A stretch of 64,000 bases of DNA from Lingula anatina (GCA_051362555.1 CM120646.1:15872001-15936000), one strand, 5' to 3'. Shown: positions 46,505 to 57,559, counted from the stretch's first letter. Program-made: numbers and translations. The notes: generated by a model not told the origin, from the sequence alone.

Positions 46505-47509
46505 ATGGCAATTGTTGGAGTCGCCAGACCAAAGTTACCGGAGTTCTCAGGGGAAAACACGGAAAATTTTGAACTCTGGTTCAAGAAATTTGAGTTGTGT
46601 TTCTCAGAGCCCCCAGCGGACAATGTACAGCCCAGACATGTTGTTTTACCTCTATATCTATCAGGGCGGGCATTTATGACCTATGATTCCCTGACAGAGG
46701 CAGAAAAAGGAGATTATCCTGCACTCAAACAGGCCTTGCGACACAGGTTGGTGCCAGGAGAACATAATTTGATGAGACGACAAAATTTTATGGCGCTGGT
46801 TCGGGGTCCAGGAGAAAAACTGGTCGCATTTGAACTGCGAATCATGGAGGCTGTCCGTTTGGCATACAACGATTTTCCAGAAGCAGCTCGAAATGCCCTC
46901 GCCAAAGAGCAATTTATTAGAGGTGTGGGGGATGGTGATCTGCAACTTCATCTCCTCACTAAAAATCCAGAAAGTCTACGAGTTGCTGTGCAGCAGGCAG
47001 AGCAATTTGAACAAGTTCAGCGTATTGCCCATGGTAGAAATGCTGTCCGTTCAATGGAAAAAGGCCCAGCTGAGAGTAAGGGAGACCGAGATCCCATGCT
47101 GACGCAATTGGTGGCCCAAGTACAGAAATTATCGGAGTGCATGGCTGAGCTCACTGTGGAACAAAAGAAATGGAGGCAACAGGAACTTAATCCTGTGTTT
47201 GGTTCTGGTGCCAACACAGGTGCCATGAGATCACCTGAAGCTTTTAATGGACGGAGCAAGGACCGTTACCACACAAAACCCAATTTTCCACGAGGTAGGA
47301 ATACAGTAGCTCCTGTAAGTGGCAAGAGTCAGGGCTGTCAAATGGCATGTGAGAGAAAGGACCGCTGGCCAACCAATGCTCGGAATGCAATGGAATTTGA
47401 ACCTAGGAAAATTGATCATACCTTCCAAGGTTTATGTGATTATTGCAAGGAGCGAGGACACAAATGGCGTAACTGTCCGTCTTTGCAGCAAGGGGAGGGG
47501 GAATACTAA
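46505..47509 (+). CDS. gag: Gypsy Gag (334 aa) with C-terminal CCHC zinc knuckle
   Basis: KLPEFSGE..WFKKFE capsid N-terminus, EQFIRG, and CDYCKERGHKWRNC. Confidence 0.93.
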   Translation: MAIVGVARPKLPEFSGENTENFELWFKKFELCFSEPPADNVQPRHVVLPLYLSGRAFMTYDSLTEAEKGDYPALKQALRHRLVPGEHNLMRRQNFMALVRGPGEKLVAFELRIMEAVRLAYNDFPEAARNALAKEQFIRGVGDGDLQLHLLTKNPESLRVAVQQAEQFEQVQRIAHGRNAVRSMEKGPAESKGDRDPMLTQLVAQVQKLSECMAELTVEQKKWRQQELNPVFGSGANTGAMRSPEAFNGRSKDRYHTKPNFPRGRNTVAPVSGKSQGCQMACERKDRWPTNARNAMEFEPRKIDHTFQGLCDYCKERGHKWRNCPSLQQGEGEY

Positions 47510-47520
47510 GGGCTGTCGAC

Positions 47521-50500
47521 ATGGGTCAGTCGTCAGTCACACAATTTTTTGAAGACCCAGTAAAACCCACACCACTTGTGAAAGTAAAAGTTGGAAGTAA
47601 AGAGGTTCTTGCGCTTCTAGATACAGGAGCTGATATATCTGTTATTCATGAAAATTGTTGGAAAGAATGTCAGCCGCCAGAGATGATACTAGAGGAGTCC
47701 AAGGAGAGACCATCCTCAGTAACTGGAGACATTCTAACCATAAAGGGTTGCTCATATATAACAGTGTCAATCGGGGACCAGTCTTTTAATCATCGCTTCC
47801 GTGTTGGAAGTAATGTAGACAATTCACTGATCATCGGGTGGGATTTTATATTGGCACATGGTATAGCTATGAATCCGGGTAAACGCGAGCTAGTAATTGG
47901 TGGAGTCTCACATCCATTAGAACTGAGTCCTTCGCGACCCCCCAGTGTGTGCAGGGTCAATATGGCTGAAGACTGCTGGGTGCCACCTTGTTCAGAGATT
48001 ATTTGCCATGGACATCTGGTACACCAAAGAGGTAGGCCTATGTTGAGTTATGAAGGAGTTTTTGAACCATCTCAAGAAAGTGGAATTGGTCTAGCACGAG
48101 TTTTGGTCAATGCTAAACAAGCACTTATTCCCCTCCGTGTTATCAATGTTTCAGATCAACCTTTGTTCGTTAAACAAGGGCAGTTTGTTGGAGAATTTCA
48201 TTGTCTTAGTGAGCACGAATGTTCAAAAGTTAGAGGAATGTATGAGCTGTTAGAGTCTGACGGTGAGCACAAAAAGGCAGAAAAGTCAAGAGATGGGTGT
48301 CCCCAAATTGATCTGTCGGGATGTGACCTCACAGATAATCAGATGATGAAGCTCAGGGAGTGTTTGGAACGGAACAGTGACGTATTCAGTAAAGATCAGA
48401 ATGACAGAGGTCTCACCAATATCCTTTCTCACACCATCAATACAGGCAGTGCAGATCCAATAAAGCAGAAACCCAGGAGAGTCCCATTTCACTTGAGGGA
48501 TGAAGTAGAGAAGCAAGTTCAAGGTATGCTGGAAGATGGCATAATCGAACCATGTTATGGTCCCTGGTCCTCTCCAATAGTTTTGGTGAGAAAGAAAAAT
48601 GGCGATATACGTTTCTGCATAGACTATCGCAAGTTAAACTCGGTTACAGTGAAAAATGCCCACTCCTTGCCAAGGATCGACGATGTACTCTCAGGCATGG
48701 CGGGTGCTACAATATTCACGACGCTAGACCTGACCAGTGGGTATTGGCAGGTGCCTGTATCTGAAGAAGATCGTGATAAGACCGCTTTCTCATTTGGTCC
48801 AGATCTGTACCGTTTCACCAGACTTCCGTTTGGCTTATGCAATGCGCCACCGCTTTTCGCAAAGCTTATTGAGCTTGTGTTTAGTGGCATGAACTGGAGG
48901 GTAATGTCCACGTACTTGGATGATTTATTCATCTATACACGTACTTTCGAGGAACATTTGGAGACACTAGAGGAAGTATTTAGGAGGCTGCGTGAAGCAA
49001 ACCTCAAGTTGCAGCCTAGTAAATGCAAAATTGCACAGCCGAAAACAATTAATGTCGGCCATGAAGTATCAAAAGAGGGGATACGCCCAGATCCCAGTAA
49101 CGTGGAGAAGGTCAAGAATTGGCCAAGACCCAAGAATCAGCAAGAGGTTCGGAGTTTTTTAGGACTCGCCTCATACTACCGTCGGTTTGTTGAAGGATTC
49201 GCTGACATAGCAAGACCACTGAATAGCTTGCTGGAAGCTGGTACACCTTTCGGTTGGAAGGAAGAGTGTGAGTTGAGCTTTCAGCGGTTAAAAGAAAAGT
49301 TGATTACCCCTCCCGTACTAGCTCATCCAAGGTGGGGTGAGCCATTCATCTTAAACACAGATGCATCAGACACGGCTGTAGGTGCAGTCTTGTCTCAGGA
49401 ACAAGATGGCATGGAGCGCCCAATTGTGTTTGCAAGCAAATCACTCAGTAAAACTGAACGAAAATGGGCCACATTCGACAAGGAGTTTTGGGCAATTATA
49501 TGGGCTCTCAGACAGTTCCATGTGTATGTATGGGGCTCGAATCTAACCATCTACACTGACCATAAACCACTCACTCACCACAAAAGCTTGAATTTAGAAG
49601 CAGAAGTATCAGGAAGGAGAAGTAGATGGGCAATTGAGTTATCCTCGTTTGGAGACCTGGAGATAAGATACCGCCCTGGAAAACAAAATGGAGCAGCTGA
49701 TGCTCTGAGCAGGATGCCAGACACTTTATCATCCGACAGGGATCCACCGGCTGCTCAAGGAAAGACCTCCTGTCCTGCATTGGAACCAAGAAAATACAAA
49801 CAAAGGACAAGCACTTCTTCCACCACTCAGGCAAACGGTATGCTCAACTGTGGAGATTATGTGATGGAGAAAGGTGCGGAGAAGGAAGGGAAAGATGGGA
49901 GAAAAGGAAAAGAGGAGAGAGACTCAACAAAAAGGGTTCGAGTAACCACAGTCTCACCAGAAGCCACAGCAGACCCATCCATCGCTGGCTCCATAGGATC
50001 AGAACAGGACCTAGACCCTGATATTTCACTGGTGAAGAATTGGGTCAGATCTGGAAATAAACCAGATTGGCACCAAATTAAGAACCAAGGACGCGTGTTA
50101 CGAACCTTCTGGAGACATTTTGAAAATTTATCCATTGTTAATGAAACACTGTGTTACCAGTGGCAGATTCCAAAACGTGATAAGGTGATCTATCGTCAGG
50201 TAATGCCACCAGGTCTACGTCTATCGGCATTACATGACATACATTCACTGACAGCAGGAGGTGGCCATTTAGGCAGAAACAAAACTCTCAGGAAGCTTCA
50301 GGAGAGATTTTATTGGCCCGGAATGATGCAAGAGACGCATGACTATTGTAGAACATGTCCCGGTTGTGTGGGCAGACGGAAACCCCTGCCAGCCATGCGA
50401 GCACCCATGGAAAGTATTTCAAGTAGTAGACCCTTAGAGTTGGTTTGCACAGACATTACAGAATTGCCTGCAACATCCCGGGGAAGCAAGTATGTTTTGG

Positions 50501-51654
50501 TAGTAGAGGACCATTTCACTAAATATGTCAATGTTTATCCAATGAAAGATCAAACGGCCCAGACTGTAGCTGACATATTATTTAGGGAGTATGTCAGGGA
50601 GCATGGCGTCCCGGAGAGTCTCCACTCTGACCAAGGTCGTCAGTTTGAGGCAGGTCTGTGTCAGGAGTTATGTGCCCTGCTACAGATCTACAAATCGAGA
50701 ACAACATCATACCACCCCCAGGGAAATGGCATGGTGGAACGTTTCAATAAGACGCTAAAGAACATGATCGCCAAAACATCACAGGAAGACTGTAAAGACT
50801 GGGACCTAAAATTAGGGCCACTTGCCTTGGCGTACAATGCTAGTGTTCACGAGAGTACAGGATTCTCACCATTTTTCCTTATGCATGGAAGAGAACCACG
50901 TTTGCCACCAGACATCATTTATGGTACACCAACACCACAGTATTGGAAGCAGGCTGGGTTTTACGCAAAGGACATACACAACGAACTACAGGCGGCCTTT
51001 GATACAACCAAAGAGCATACAGCCCTGGCACAGGAGAGGCAAAGAAAGGTGTATGATAAATGGGCTCATCATCACCCATATAGAGAGGGTGACAAAGTGT
51101 GGTTACTAGTCATGGTGTCCAAAACAAGGCACAGAAAACTAGCACTTCCTTGGGAAGGGCCTTATATTGTGAAGAAAAGATTCCAGAATGCAGAGGGCAT
51201 GCCAGGTGTCACTTACCGCATACAACATGAGGTGACGAAGAAGAAAATGGTTGTACACCACAACAGACTGAAACCCTATGAGGCACCAAGGATACCTAAC
51301 CCACTTCAAGCAGATTCAGACTATGTGACGGAGGAAGATGAATCAAAAATACATGTACCTAGACCCAACATTTTTCAAGAGCAACTTCGTCTTGCCCCTG
51401 TACTTCCAGCAGAAGGTTACATTGTACATACCAGTAGAAATTCGTTTGCAGCGCCGGAGGCTACTGCCTGTTGTGAGGGAGAGAAGCACATCCCAGTGGA
51501 AGAAAAGACAGAAGAAGCGACTGTAGACGCTGGAAAGGACAAGGGAGCTTCGCAGGACAGTGGAGAACCCTTGGTCACAACCCGATCAGGAAGAGTGGTG
51601 CGGCGACCCACCAAATACAGAGACTTTGTGGCAGCTATTGGAGATGGCTACTAA
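47521..51654 (+). CDS. pol: Gypsy Pol polyprotein (protease, RT, RNase H, integrase)
   Basis: LLDTGA protease; RFCIDYRKLN, LPFGL and YLDD in RT; TDAS..GAVL and TDHKPL in RNase H; H-H-C-C, DDE core (SDQG, GMVER) and WEGPY in integrase. The frame is open from 47473 and is -1 relative to gag. Confidence 0.96.
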   Translation: MGQSSVTQFFEDPVKPTPLVKVKVGSKEVLALLDTGADISVIHENCWKECQPPEMILEESKERPSSVTGDILTIKGCSYITVSIGDQSFNHRFRVGSNVDNSLIIGWDFILAHGIAMNPGKRELVIGGVSHPLELSPSRPPSVCRVNMAEDCWVPPCSEIICHGHLVHQRGRPMLSYEGVFEPSQESGIGLARVLVNAKQALIPLRVINVSDQPLFVKQGQFVGEFHCLSEHECSKVRGMYELLESDGEHKKAEKSRDGCPQIDLSGCDLTDNQMMKLRECLERNSDVFSKDQNDRGLTNILSHTINTGSADPIKQKPRRVPFHLRDEVEKQVQGMLEDGIIEPCYGPWSSPIVLVRKKNGDIRFCIDYRKLNSVTVKNAHSLPRIDDVLSGMAGATIFTTLDLTSGYWQVPVSEEDRDKTAFSFGPDLYRFTRLPFGLCNAPPLFAKLIELVFSGMNWRVMSTYLDDLFIYTRTFEEHLETLEEVFRRLREANLKLQPSKCKIAQPKTINVGHEVSKEGIRPDPSNVEKVKNWPRPKNQQEVRSFLGLASYYRRFVEGFADIARPLNSLLEAGTPFGWKEECELSFQRLKEKLITPPVLAHPRWGEPFILNTDASDTAVGAVLSQEQDGMERPIVFASKSLSKTERKWATFDKEFWAIIWALRQFHVYVWGSNLTIYTDHKPLTHHKSLNLEAEVSGRRSRWAIELSSFGDLEIRYRPGKQNGAADALSRMPDTLSSDRDPPAAQGKTSCPALEPRKYKQRTSTSSTTQANGMLNCGDYVMEKGAEKEGKDGRKGKEERDSTKRVRVTTVSPEATADPSIAGSIGSEQDLDPDISLVKNWVRSGNKPDWHQIKNQGRVLRTFWRHFENLSIVNETLCYQWQIPKRDKVIYRQVMPPGLRLSALHDIHSLTAGGGHLGRNKTLRKLQERFYWPGMMQETHDYCRTCPGCVGRRKPLPAMRAPMESISSSRPLELVCTDITELPATSRGSKYVLVVEDHFTKYVNVYPMKDQTAQTVADILFREYVREHGVPESLHSDQGRQFEAGLCQELCALLQIYKSRTTSYHPQGNGMVERFNKTLKNMIAKTSQEDCKDWDLKLGPLALAYNASVHESTGFSPFFLMHGREPRLPPDIIYGTPTPQYWKQAGFYAKDIHNELQAAFDTTKEHTALAQERQRKVYDKWAHHHPYREGDKVWLLVMVSKTRHRKLALPWEGPYIVKKRFQNAEGMPGVTYRIQHEVTKKKMVVHHNRLKPYEAPRIPNPLQADSDYVTEEDESKIHVPRPNIFQEQLRLAPVLPAEGYIVHTSRNSFAAPEATACCEGEKHIPVEEKTEEATVDAGKDKGASQDSGEPLVTTRSGRVVRRPTKYRDFVAAIGDGY

Positions 51655-51973
51655 CAGATTAATGCAGATTAACTCTTATGAATGGCATTTTGTGGGTTTC
51701 ATCAGTTATGATCGTTGTTGTTTACATGCACGTTAATGTTGGACAAGTTAGTTGTTTTGACAGAGGATTAAAAAAAAAAAACATTTTAACTGGAACTTTT
51801 ACTGTTAAAAGAGACATTTCATCTGGAATTTTACTGTTAATAGTGTTGATATTAATGTTGTGAACTTTTTCAAGGATTTAGACCCAGTGTTTATTTAGTG
51901 TGTTGGGACTTAGTTATAATCGGTAGTTACTAGGTTGGAGACTCGGGACGAGTCTTATCTGCCCGGGGAGGCA

Positions 51974-52164
51974 TGTAACGGGGTAAATATAGTGCCGGTG
52001 TGCATAAACCGGGGTAACGTCGGGGGAAAAGGAACATGGCGGCGTAGCAGACGCTGAACAGCTTGTGCATTGCTTAGTAGTTTATATATCGTTAACCTAT
52101 TAAATTTATGAAAAAGAAAGCACAGCGTTGTTGTACTGGATTGCTGAGGAAGTGCACCGCTACA
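51974..52164 (+). repeat. 3' LTR preceded by polypurine tract GGGGAGG
   Basis: Matches the 5' LTR; PPT at 51965-51971. Confidence 0.97.
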
Positions 52165-52352
52165 TTTATTTTAATTATGTCAACAGCAACTAAAAGCGTA
52201 AAATAAGTGTAAACTTTCTACTGCCACTTCATTAATATTTTAACTGGCAAAAGTGAATGGATTTCATGTCATGACAAAAGCGTGACTGCCTGTTGGGCTT
52301 GCCCGTGGTGTCGACTGGGCCCTGAACGGTCATCAATATCCTTGCAGAGGCC

Positions 52353-53957
52353 CTACTTAATTTTACGTGGCAGATTAAACAGCCTGACCGTCCCATGTTG
52401 TTCCGTGACAATTAAGTGCCCGGTTGTAGAATAAGCCACGCTTGTCGGGTATTTGATTCCCCCGTAAATAAAGCGGGATAACTTTCCATCCCTTAGAATG
52501 ACTATTCTGTGGTTGCCATGGTCAGCTATGTAAACCATGCCTTCCCTATCGACGCATATTCCGTGCGGGGCAGCCAGTTGCTGCGGACCTGTTCCGTAGT
52601 TACCGTACTGGTACTGACACCTACCGATGGGATCGTAGGACGCCACCATGGACCGGTAGGTGTCTGACACGAGGAGAGAGTTATTTAAAGGGTGGCATGC
52701 AAGGTACAGCGGCCGAGAAAATGCGCCAATCAGTTTGGAAACGGTGGATCCGTCAGCTGGTTTTATAACGTAGATGCTGTGGCAAAGGGCACTGTGAATT
52801 GGTGGAGAGTTGCTGATAACAAAATTCCCTGAAAAAGATAGATAAATTACAAAAACTTATTCTTATTTTTATAGTTACTCAAAGTCTGTTTTTATATTCA
52901 ATAAAATCAACAAAGAATACCGATAGGGGAGTTTTTAATTGATGTTTTGCACAGAAAGCATGTAGGCCTATCGGAAAGCCTTTGACACTGCCGCCACCAA
53001 AACCCTATTAAGAGGGCCCGATGATCATTGTAAAATGTGCCCCTAGATATTTCCATTGGTCATCACAAAACCACCAAGCTTACCCTTTACGGAGCCAGAC
53101 CGCACACTACTAGTAAAGGCTTTATATCATATTCTACGATCGAAATGCTTACGATTTTAAAAGCTAAACGTACAAATGTTTGCAATAAAATAATTTTTAA
53201 CATTGAATTAATTTTTTTCAAAATATCATTTATAATAATGATAGCATTAATCGCCCCTTTAGAATTAGGGCAATTCTTTATTCTATCCCAGTTGCAATAG
53301 GCCTATATCCAACCTTTTCCGCATTATTATTATCATTATTATTACCGAGCACCATAAATATCAATTACAGGTCATACTGCTCTAAAATACTAAATTATAC
53401 TCTGTTACTCTTTGTTTAACATTAGACGAACCTGTTACGTGATAGTCTATGCCACGCGGGAAGAAAGGCAGGTGGTCATAACCCACAGGAGATTCCTCTG
53501 TGTCTAACGACTCTTCTTGTATAACGTCCAGCGATGCTTGCCGGTTTGTTGCTTTTGAATTAGGTGTAGCATTGAATGTCTTGGGTGGCGTTTGGAGGGT
53601 TCGCTCAGCGTGCTTATTCACCTCCCCACAGCAGCCTATGCTGTAGAGATATTTCCCTACGCTGGAGTACACCCGGATACACGCGTTTGCAACTTCCGTT
53701 ATACATATATCTCCAGTCGGGGTCAACGTCACGTCCCATGGGCATTTAAGTTTGACAGCGCCATCTTTTCCAATGGTTCTGATGACGTCACCGAAGAACT
53801 CAAATATCTTGACTACTTTGTTATTCAGGTCCACAACGATAATCTCATTATTTTTGGTCACGGTGCAAGACGTAAGACGCGGTTGAAGGTTGTCCGTTGG
53901 AAGCTTTGTCTGAAATTCGGTAAAGGCCTCTGACTTGGGGTAAAATGTGGACGACAT
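52353..53957 (-). CDS. NHL-repeat beta-propeller protein (about 333 aa; TRIM2/3/71-type C-terminal domain only)
   Basis: Exons 53432-53957 (ATG preceded by an in-frame stop; donor G|gttcgt) and 52353-52828. NHL motifs LKCPWDVTLTPTGDICITE, PRGID, FSRPLYLAC, LAAPHGICVDREGMVYIADHGNHRI, IKYPTSVAYSTTGHLIVTE. Confidence 0.85.
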
Positions 53958-54127
53958 TTCACGCACTCTTTATTGTTCTTGTCCTGCTTTTCAATTCCAA
54001 TAAACTCAATTGGATGTATACGCCTGTAGTAGTTAGATTACAAGTGTATCTAAACTGATAAGCTTCTCTTGTACTTTGTCAATAATAACATTATCTGCAC
54101 AAGTTTATCGTAGATATGAGACCTACG

Positions 54128-54410
54128 TGCGTTTTGCACGAACAATGATTAAATTGCGGACACAAAAGCTGCGTTCACATCCAGTTGATCCGCGGACTAA
54201 CAGTTTCGCGGATCAAATATGGCGCACACTTGACAATGGAAACCGCCTCCCATGCGCGCCGTCCCATGAGGGGCAGAGCAATAAAATCTTGACTCTCTTT
54301 CAGGTGGGTGGCACCATATTTGATCCGCAGACTAGTTAGTCCGCCGATCAACTGGTTCTGAATGCGGCCAAAATACACATGTATTTTCTTTTCGAGATTA
54401 AATGTAGTAA
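54128..54410. mobile_element. Inverted second copy of the composite repeat at 45257-45534
   Basis: The reverse complement matches the core and about 40 bp of flank on both sides. Confidence 0.8.
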
Positions 54411-55407
54411 TGGCGAATGATTGGCGCGGATTGCTGGTTTAGATTGTATCTTTATCACAATTCCCATACCACTCTGTTAATGCTCAGCGCTCATCAATCT
54501 GTTCATTATAACATTGTATCCAAGCACACAAGTTTTTCGAAGGCTCAAATGCATTCGTGCATCTATCTACAGATGTGTGTATTGTGTGCATGTTGAATGA
54601 AAGGGAGGCGCAGACACTTTATGGGAAAGGGTTTGGGGCAACGTTATCATTAGCAGAATTTTTGGTGGAAATAGTTCCACCTCTGCTACAAGCCGTCGAG
54701 TTTTAAAAAGTTTTAAAACATAAAATTCATTTTCCACAGTCTCGGCTATATCACCATTCTTCATTGTTGATGTATATGTCAAAACCTATAAATTAACTCT
54801 AGATTCGATGTGCACGTATCTTGTTTAATGACAACAGAGCAGAGAATTAATACAGATATTAAATTGTAAAGGGGCGTTTTAAGAACCATTTTCCACCATT
54901 CTAACCCCTTCCTGGCCCAAGCTCCTTACTGCCAAATCATGATCCACAAAGATGTGTGACTATATAATGATCACGCCTCATCTCGAGCCTCGAGTACGTT
55001 ATTGCGATCAACCAACTAACGACTTAACTCGAAATTTCATGGTGCGATACTAGTTGCTAGTATTGATAATTTTAAAATCATGTTACCCGACTCACGCCTT
55101 GTATTCGTCAGTCCAACCTGTCGCTTCCCCAGTAAACCAAGTGTGACTGGGAGTGGGGAGAGTGATCCGGCAGAGTGTATAGTATCCTCTACTGTTAGTG
55201 CATAAATAGGAGGGGGGGGGGGGGGGGCGAAAGGAACGGTATTACCGTAAGTACGCCTTGTTGTTATTCTTGCAGTGTAGTTTTAGGCTTTATTAATCAT
55301 CATTCATTTACTTATCTTTTGAAACAGGCTTGTCTTCCAGTTTCACAAGAGAAGGGAGGACTTCCTTCCCCTTAAAATCGGGTGGCGTTGCTATTGTCTA
55401 AAACTTA

Positions 55408-55654
55408 GGGACCATTCCCACAGATATTTGGATCGATCTATCTCCTCGGGGAGTCTCACTAAATTGCTATCAAACTAACCGGCTTAAACGTCTGTCACGC
55501 CTAGTAAAACTGTAAGGGGGTAATTATCTTTACCCCTAGCTGATTCGGTAGGCATGACAGACATTTAAGCCTCTTGAGCTGATAGCAATTTAGCGTGAAC
55601 CCCCAGGGAGTTAGGTCGATCCAGATGGATCGGTCTTAGTATGGGAACCCAGTC
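55408..55654. mobile_element. MITE family A, TTA TSD
   Basis: tta|gggaccattccca..gatcgatctatc..ggggagtctcacta ... tgggaacccagtc|tta. Confidence 0.75.
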
Positions 55655-56063
55655 TTAATCATTTTGTTACTTCGCATTGTGATCAGAATTGCTTCCTTTT
55701 GAAGACGGTTATATTTGTATCGCTAAAATATAACGGTCTTTGTGAAAAGACCTCTAGAGAAACATTATTGAGGTTTTTAATGCGTAACATGAAACCTTTT
55801 AACTTGTGAGGGCACTTTAGATTTAATGAAGTAAACCCGGAATTTTCCAATGTCCACTTAGCATCTGTTGTCAACATAATGTGTTTTAAACGTTGTATTT
55901 TGTGCGACGTTGTTATCTTGGGCAGATGACCTTGACATTTAAAGGGGGAAAAAAGCCATGAAGTACCGGGTAATGCTTTGTGAATGATATAACTAACGTA
56001 CACGTGGGGAGTTATCAGTGGCAGGGCAGTCTTGTAATTATCGATTATATCTATCTACTTTAA

Positions 56064-56194
56064 AGCGTCGGAGAGACCGCTGTGGGAATTCACGCCAAGT
56101 AATGTGGTTTTCCGTGTATATATATCTCCAACTAGAGTGACGAAACATGTGCACGATGGGAGGCAAATATTCGTTTTTAATTTCTCGCGACGCT
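56064..56194. mobile_element. Short TTAA-flanked MITE
   Basis: ttaa|agcgtcggaga ... tctcgcgacgct|ttaa. Confidence 0.55.
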
Positions 56195-56289
56195 TTAAAC
56201 TCAGGACACCACCACATACCGGTGTACAGACATACCAGTTAGCCCCAAAAGCAGAGTTTAGAAAATAACCAGGTGAGGCTATCCAAGTT

Positions 56290-56908
56290 GTAGATTAGTT
56301 AGGCCTCTTTGCTAACATGATTGTTCCAATTTTATTATATGACTGTGTAGTATGGGGGTCTGGTAATTTAGAAATTATAGTACGCTTGAAATTCTGTAGA
56401 TTTTTATTGAATCTGAAAACAAACACACCCAAGATAATGATTTATGGAGAACTATGTAGAATGCTATTAAGTATTAGTATTAAAGCAAGAATTGGTTCTG
56501 GGCAAATTTGATCACAGGTAAACAAAGTAAATGTTCATATATACTATACAAACTTATCTATGGTAAATTTACACAGGGATGTGAAAGCAAGTGGACGCAC
56601 AATCTGAAGTCCATTTTTGATAATTGTGGTCTTAGCAAAATGTTTATTACACAGGATGCCTGTAACAATGAATGGCTGATAAATTGTGTGAAAGTGAAAT
56701 TGCAGGATCAGTTTATTCAAGAATGGAGTTCGGATTGTTATAATACTAGTAAAGGGTTGACTTATAACATTTTAACAAATTCAGAGTTTAAATGAAGAAA
56801 CTATGTTCTTTCCACTCTGTATACCTACAAAATAATAACAATCATAGATTACCAATAGAAACAGGAAGATGGTCAAAAATACTTAGGAATTCGAGGTTAT
56901 GTAATTTC

Positions 56909-56952
<44 letters not shown>

Positions 56953-57210
56953 GACGAATTTCATGATGTATTTAATTGTACTTTTTTGCCGAAAGTAGAG
57001 ATCTATCCATCCCAAGAAAATTATTCAACAGGCCATATATATTTATTTTCAAAAATAACAAGGAAAAAATTAATAATCTGTAAAATTTATTAAAATAGTG
57101 AACAAGGGGTCAAGCCTTCAGGTTAACAAGCATATGTATGTACTGTTATATGTTCTCCAACCTATATGTATCACAGTAAATAAGAATAAACTGTAAAACT
57201 GTTAAACTAA
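56290..57210 (+). mobile_element. 5'-truncated, degraded LINE (ORF2 C-terminus and 3' tail; RTE-X/Proto2-like, clade uncertain)
   Basis: PILLY.C.VWG..LKFCRFLLNLKTNTP..IYGEL, then NHRLPIETGRW..RLC, broken by frameshifts; aataaa and a short repeated tail near 57185-57210. Confidence 0.8.
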
Positions 57211-57280
57211 TCAATGAGAGCGACCAAAGAGAGAAATCAGGGGAAGTAGCCTATGGGAGTAAAAACTATCGGATGCTTAA

Positions 57281-57559
57281 AGGGAGAACAACTGTTCATA
57301 TGAGATTTATGTTTTACAATAAAATCATTGTAGACAGTTCTTCAATTATGCTGGAATCTTTGCTTCCCACCAGACAACTTGGACCTTCATAGTTGGCTCC
57401 GTAATATTCTCTCCAGAGATTATTACAAAAAAAAAAAAAGAAATAACTTTGAAAATTAAGGTCGAATGGGTTCACAAACCATTGGTAAGTATGGGGAAAA
57501 TTGTCCTTTACCCTAGGAAAATCCGTTTTTTTGGGCCGAAACGAACAGTTGTTATCCCT
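57281..57559. mobile_element. TTAA-flanked non-autonomous DNA transposon (Kolobok-like RR termini)
   Basis: ttaa|agggagaacaactgttc ... gaacagttgttatccct|ttaa; a second, partial copy lies at about 61250-61490. Confidence 0.75.

Larger units (their letters stand above)
46044..52164 (+). mobile_element. Full-length intact Ty3/Gypsy LTR retrotransposon
   Basis: Two 191-bp TG...CA LTRs that read identical, 4-bp TSD TTTA (46040-46043 and 52165-52168), PBS, PPT, uninterrupted gag and pol, domain order PR-RT-RH-IN. Confidence 0.97.

Noticed and set aside
47507-47521. Stop-codon read-through between gag and pol
   Set aside because: pol is not in the gag frame; it is in the -1 frame.
51654-51973. env-like third ORF in the Gypsy element
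   Set aside because: Only about 320 nt lie between pol and the 3' LTR, with a 61-aa AT-rich ORF lacking env features.
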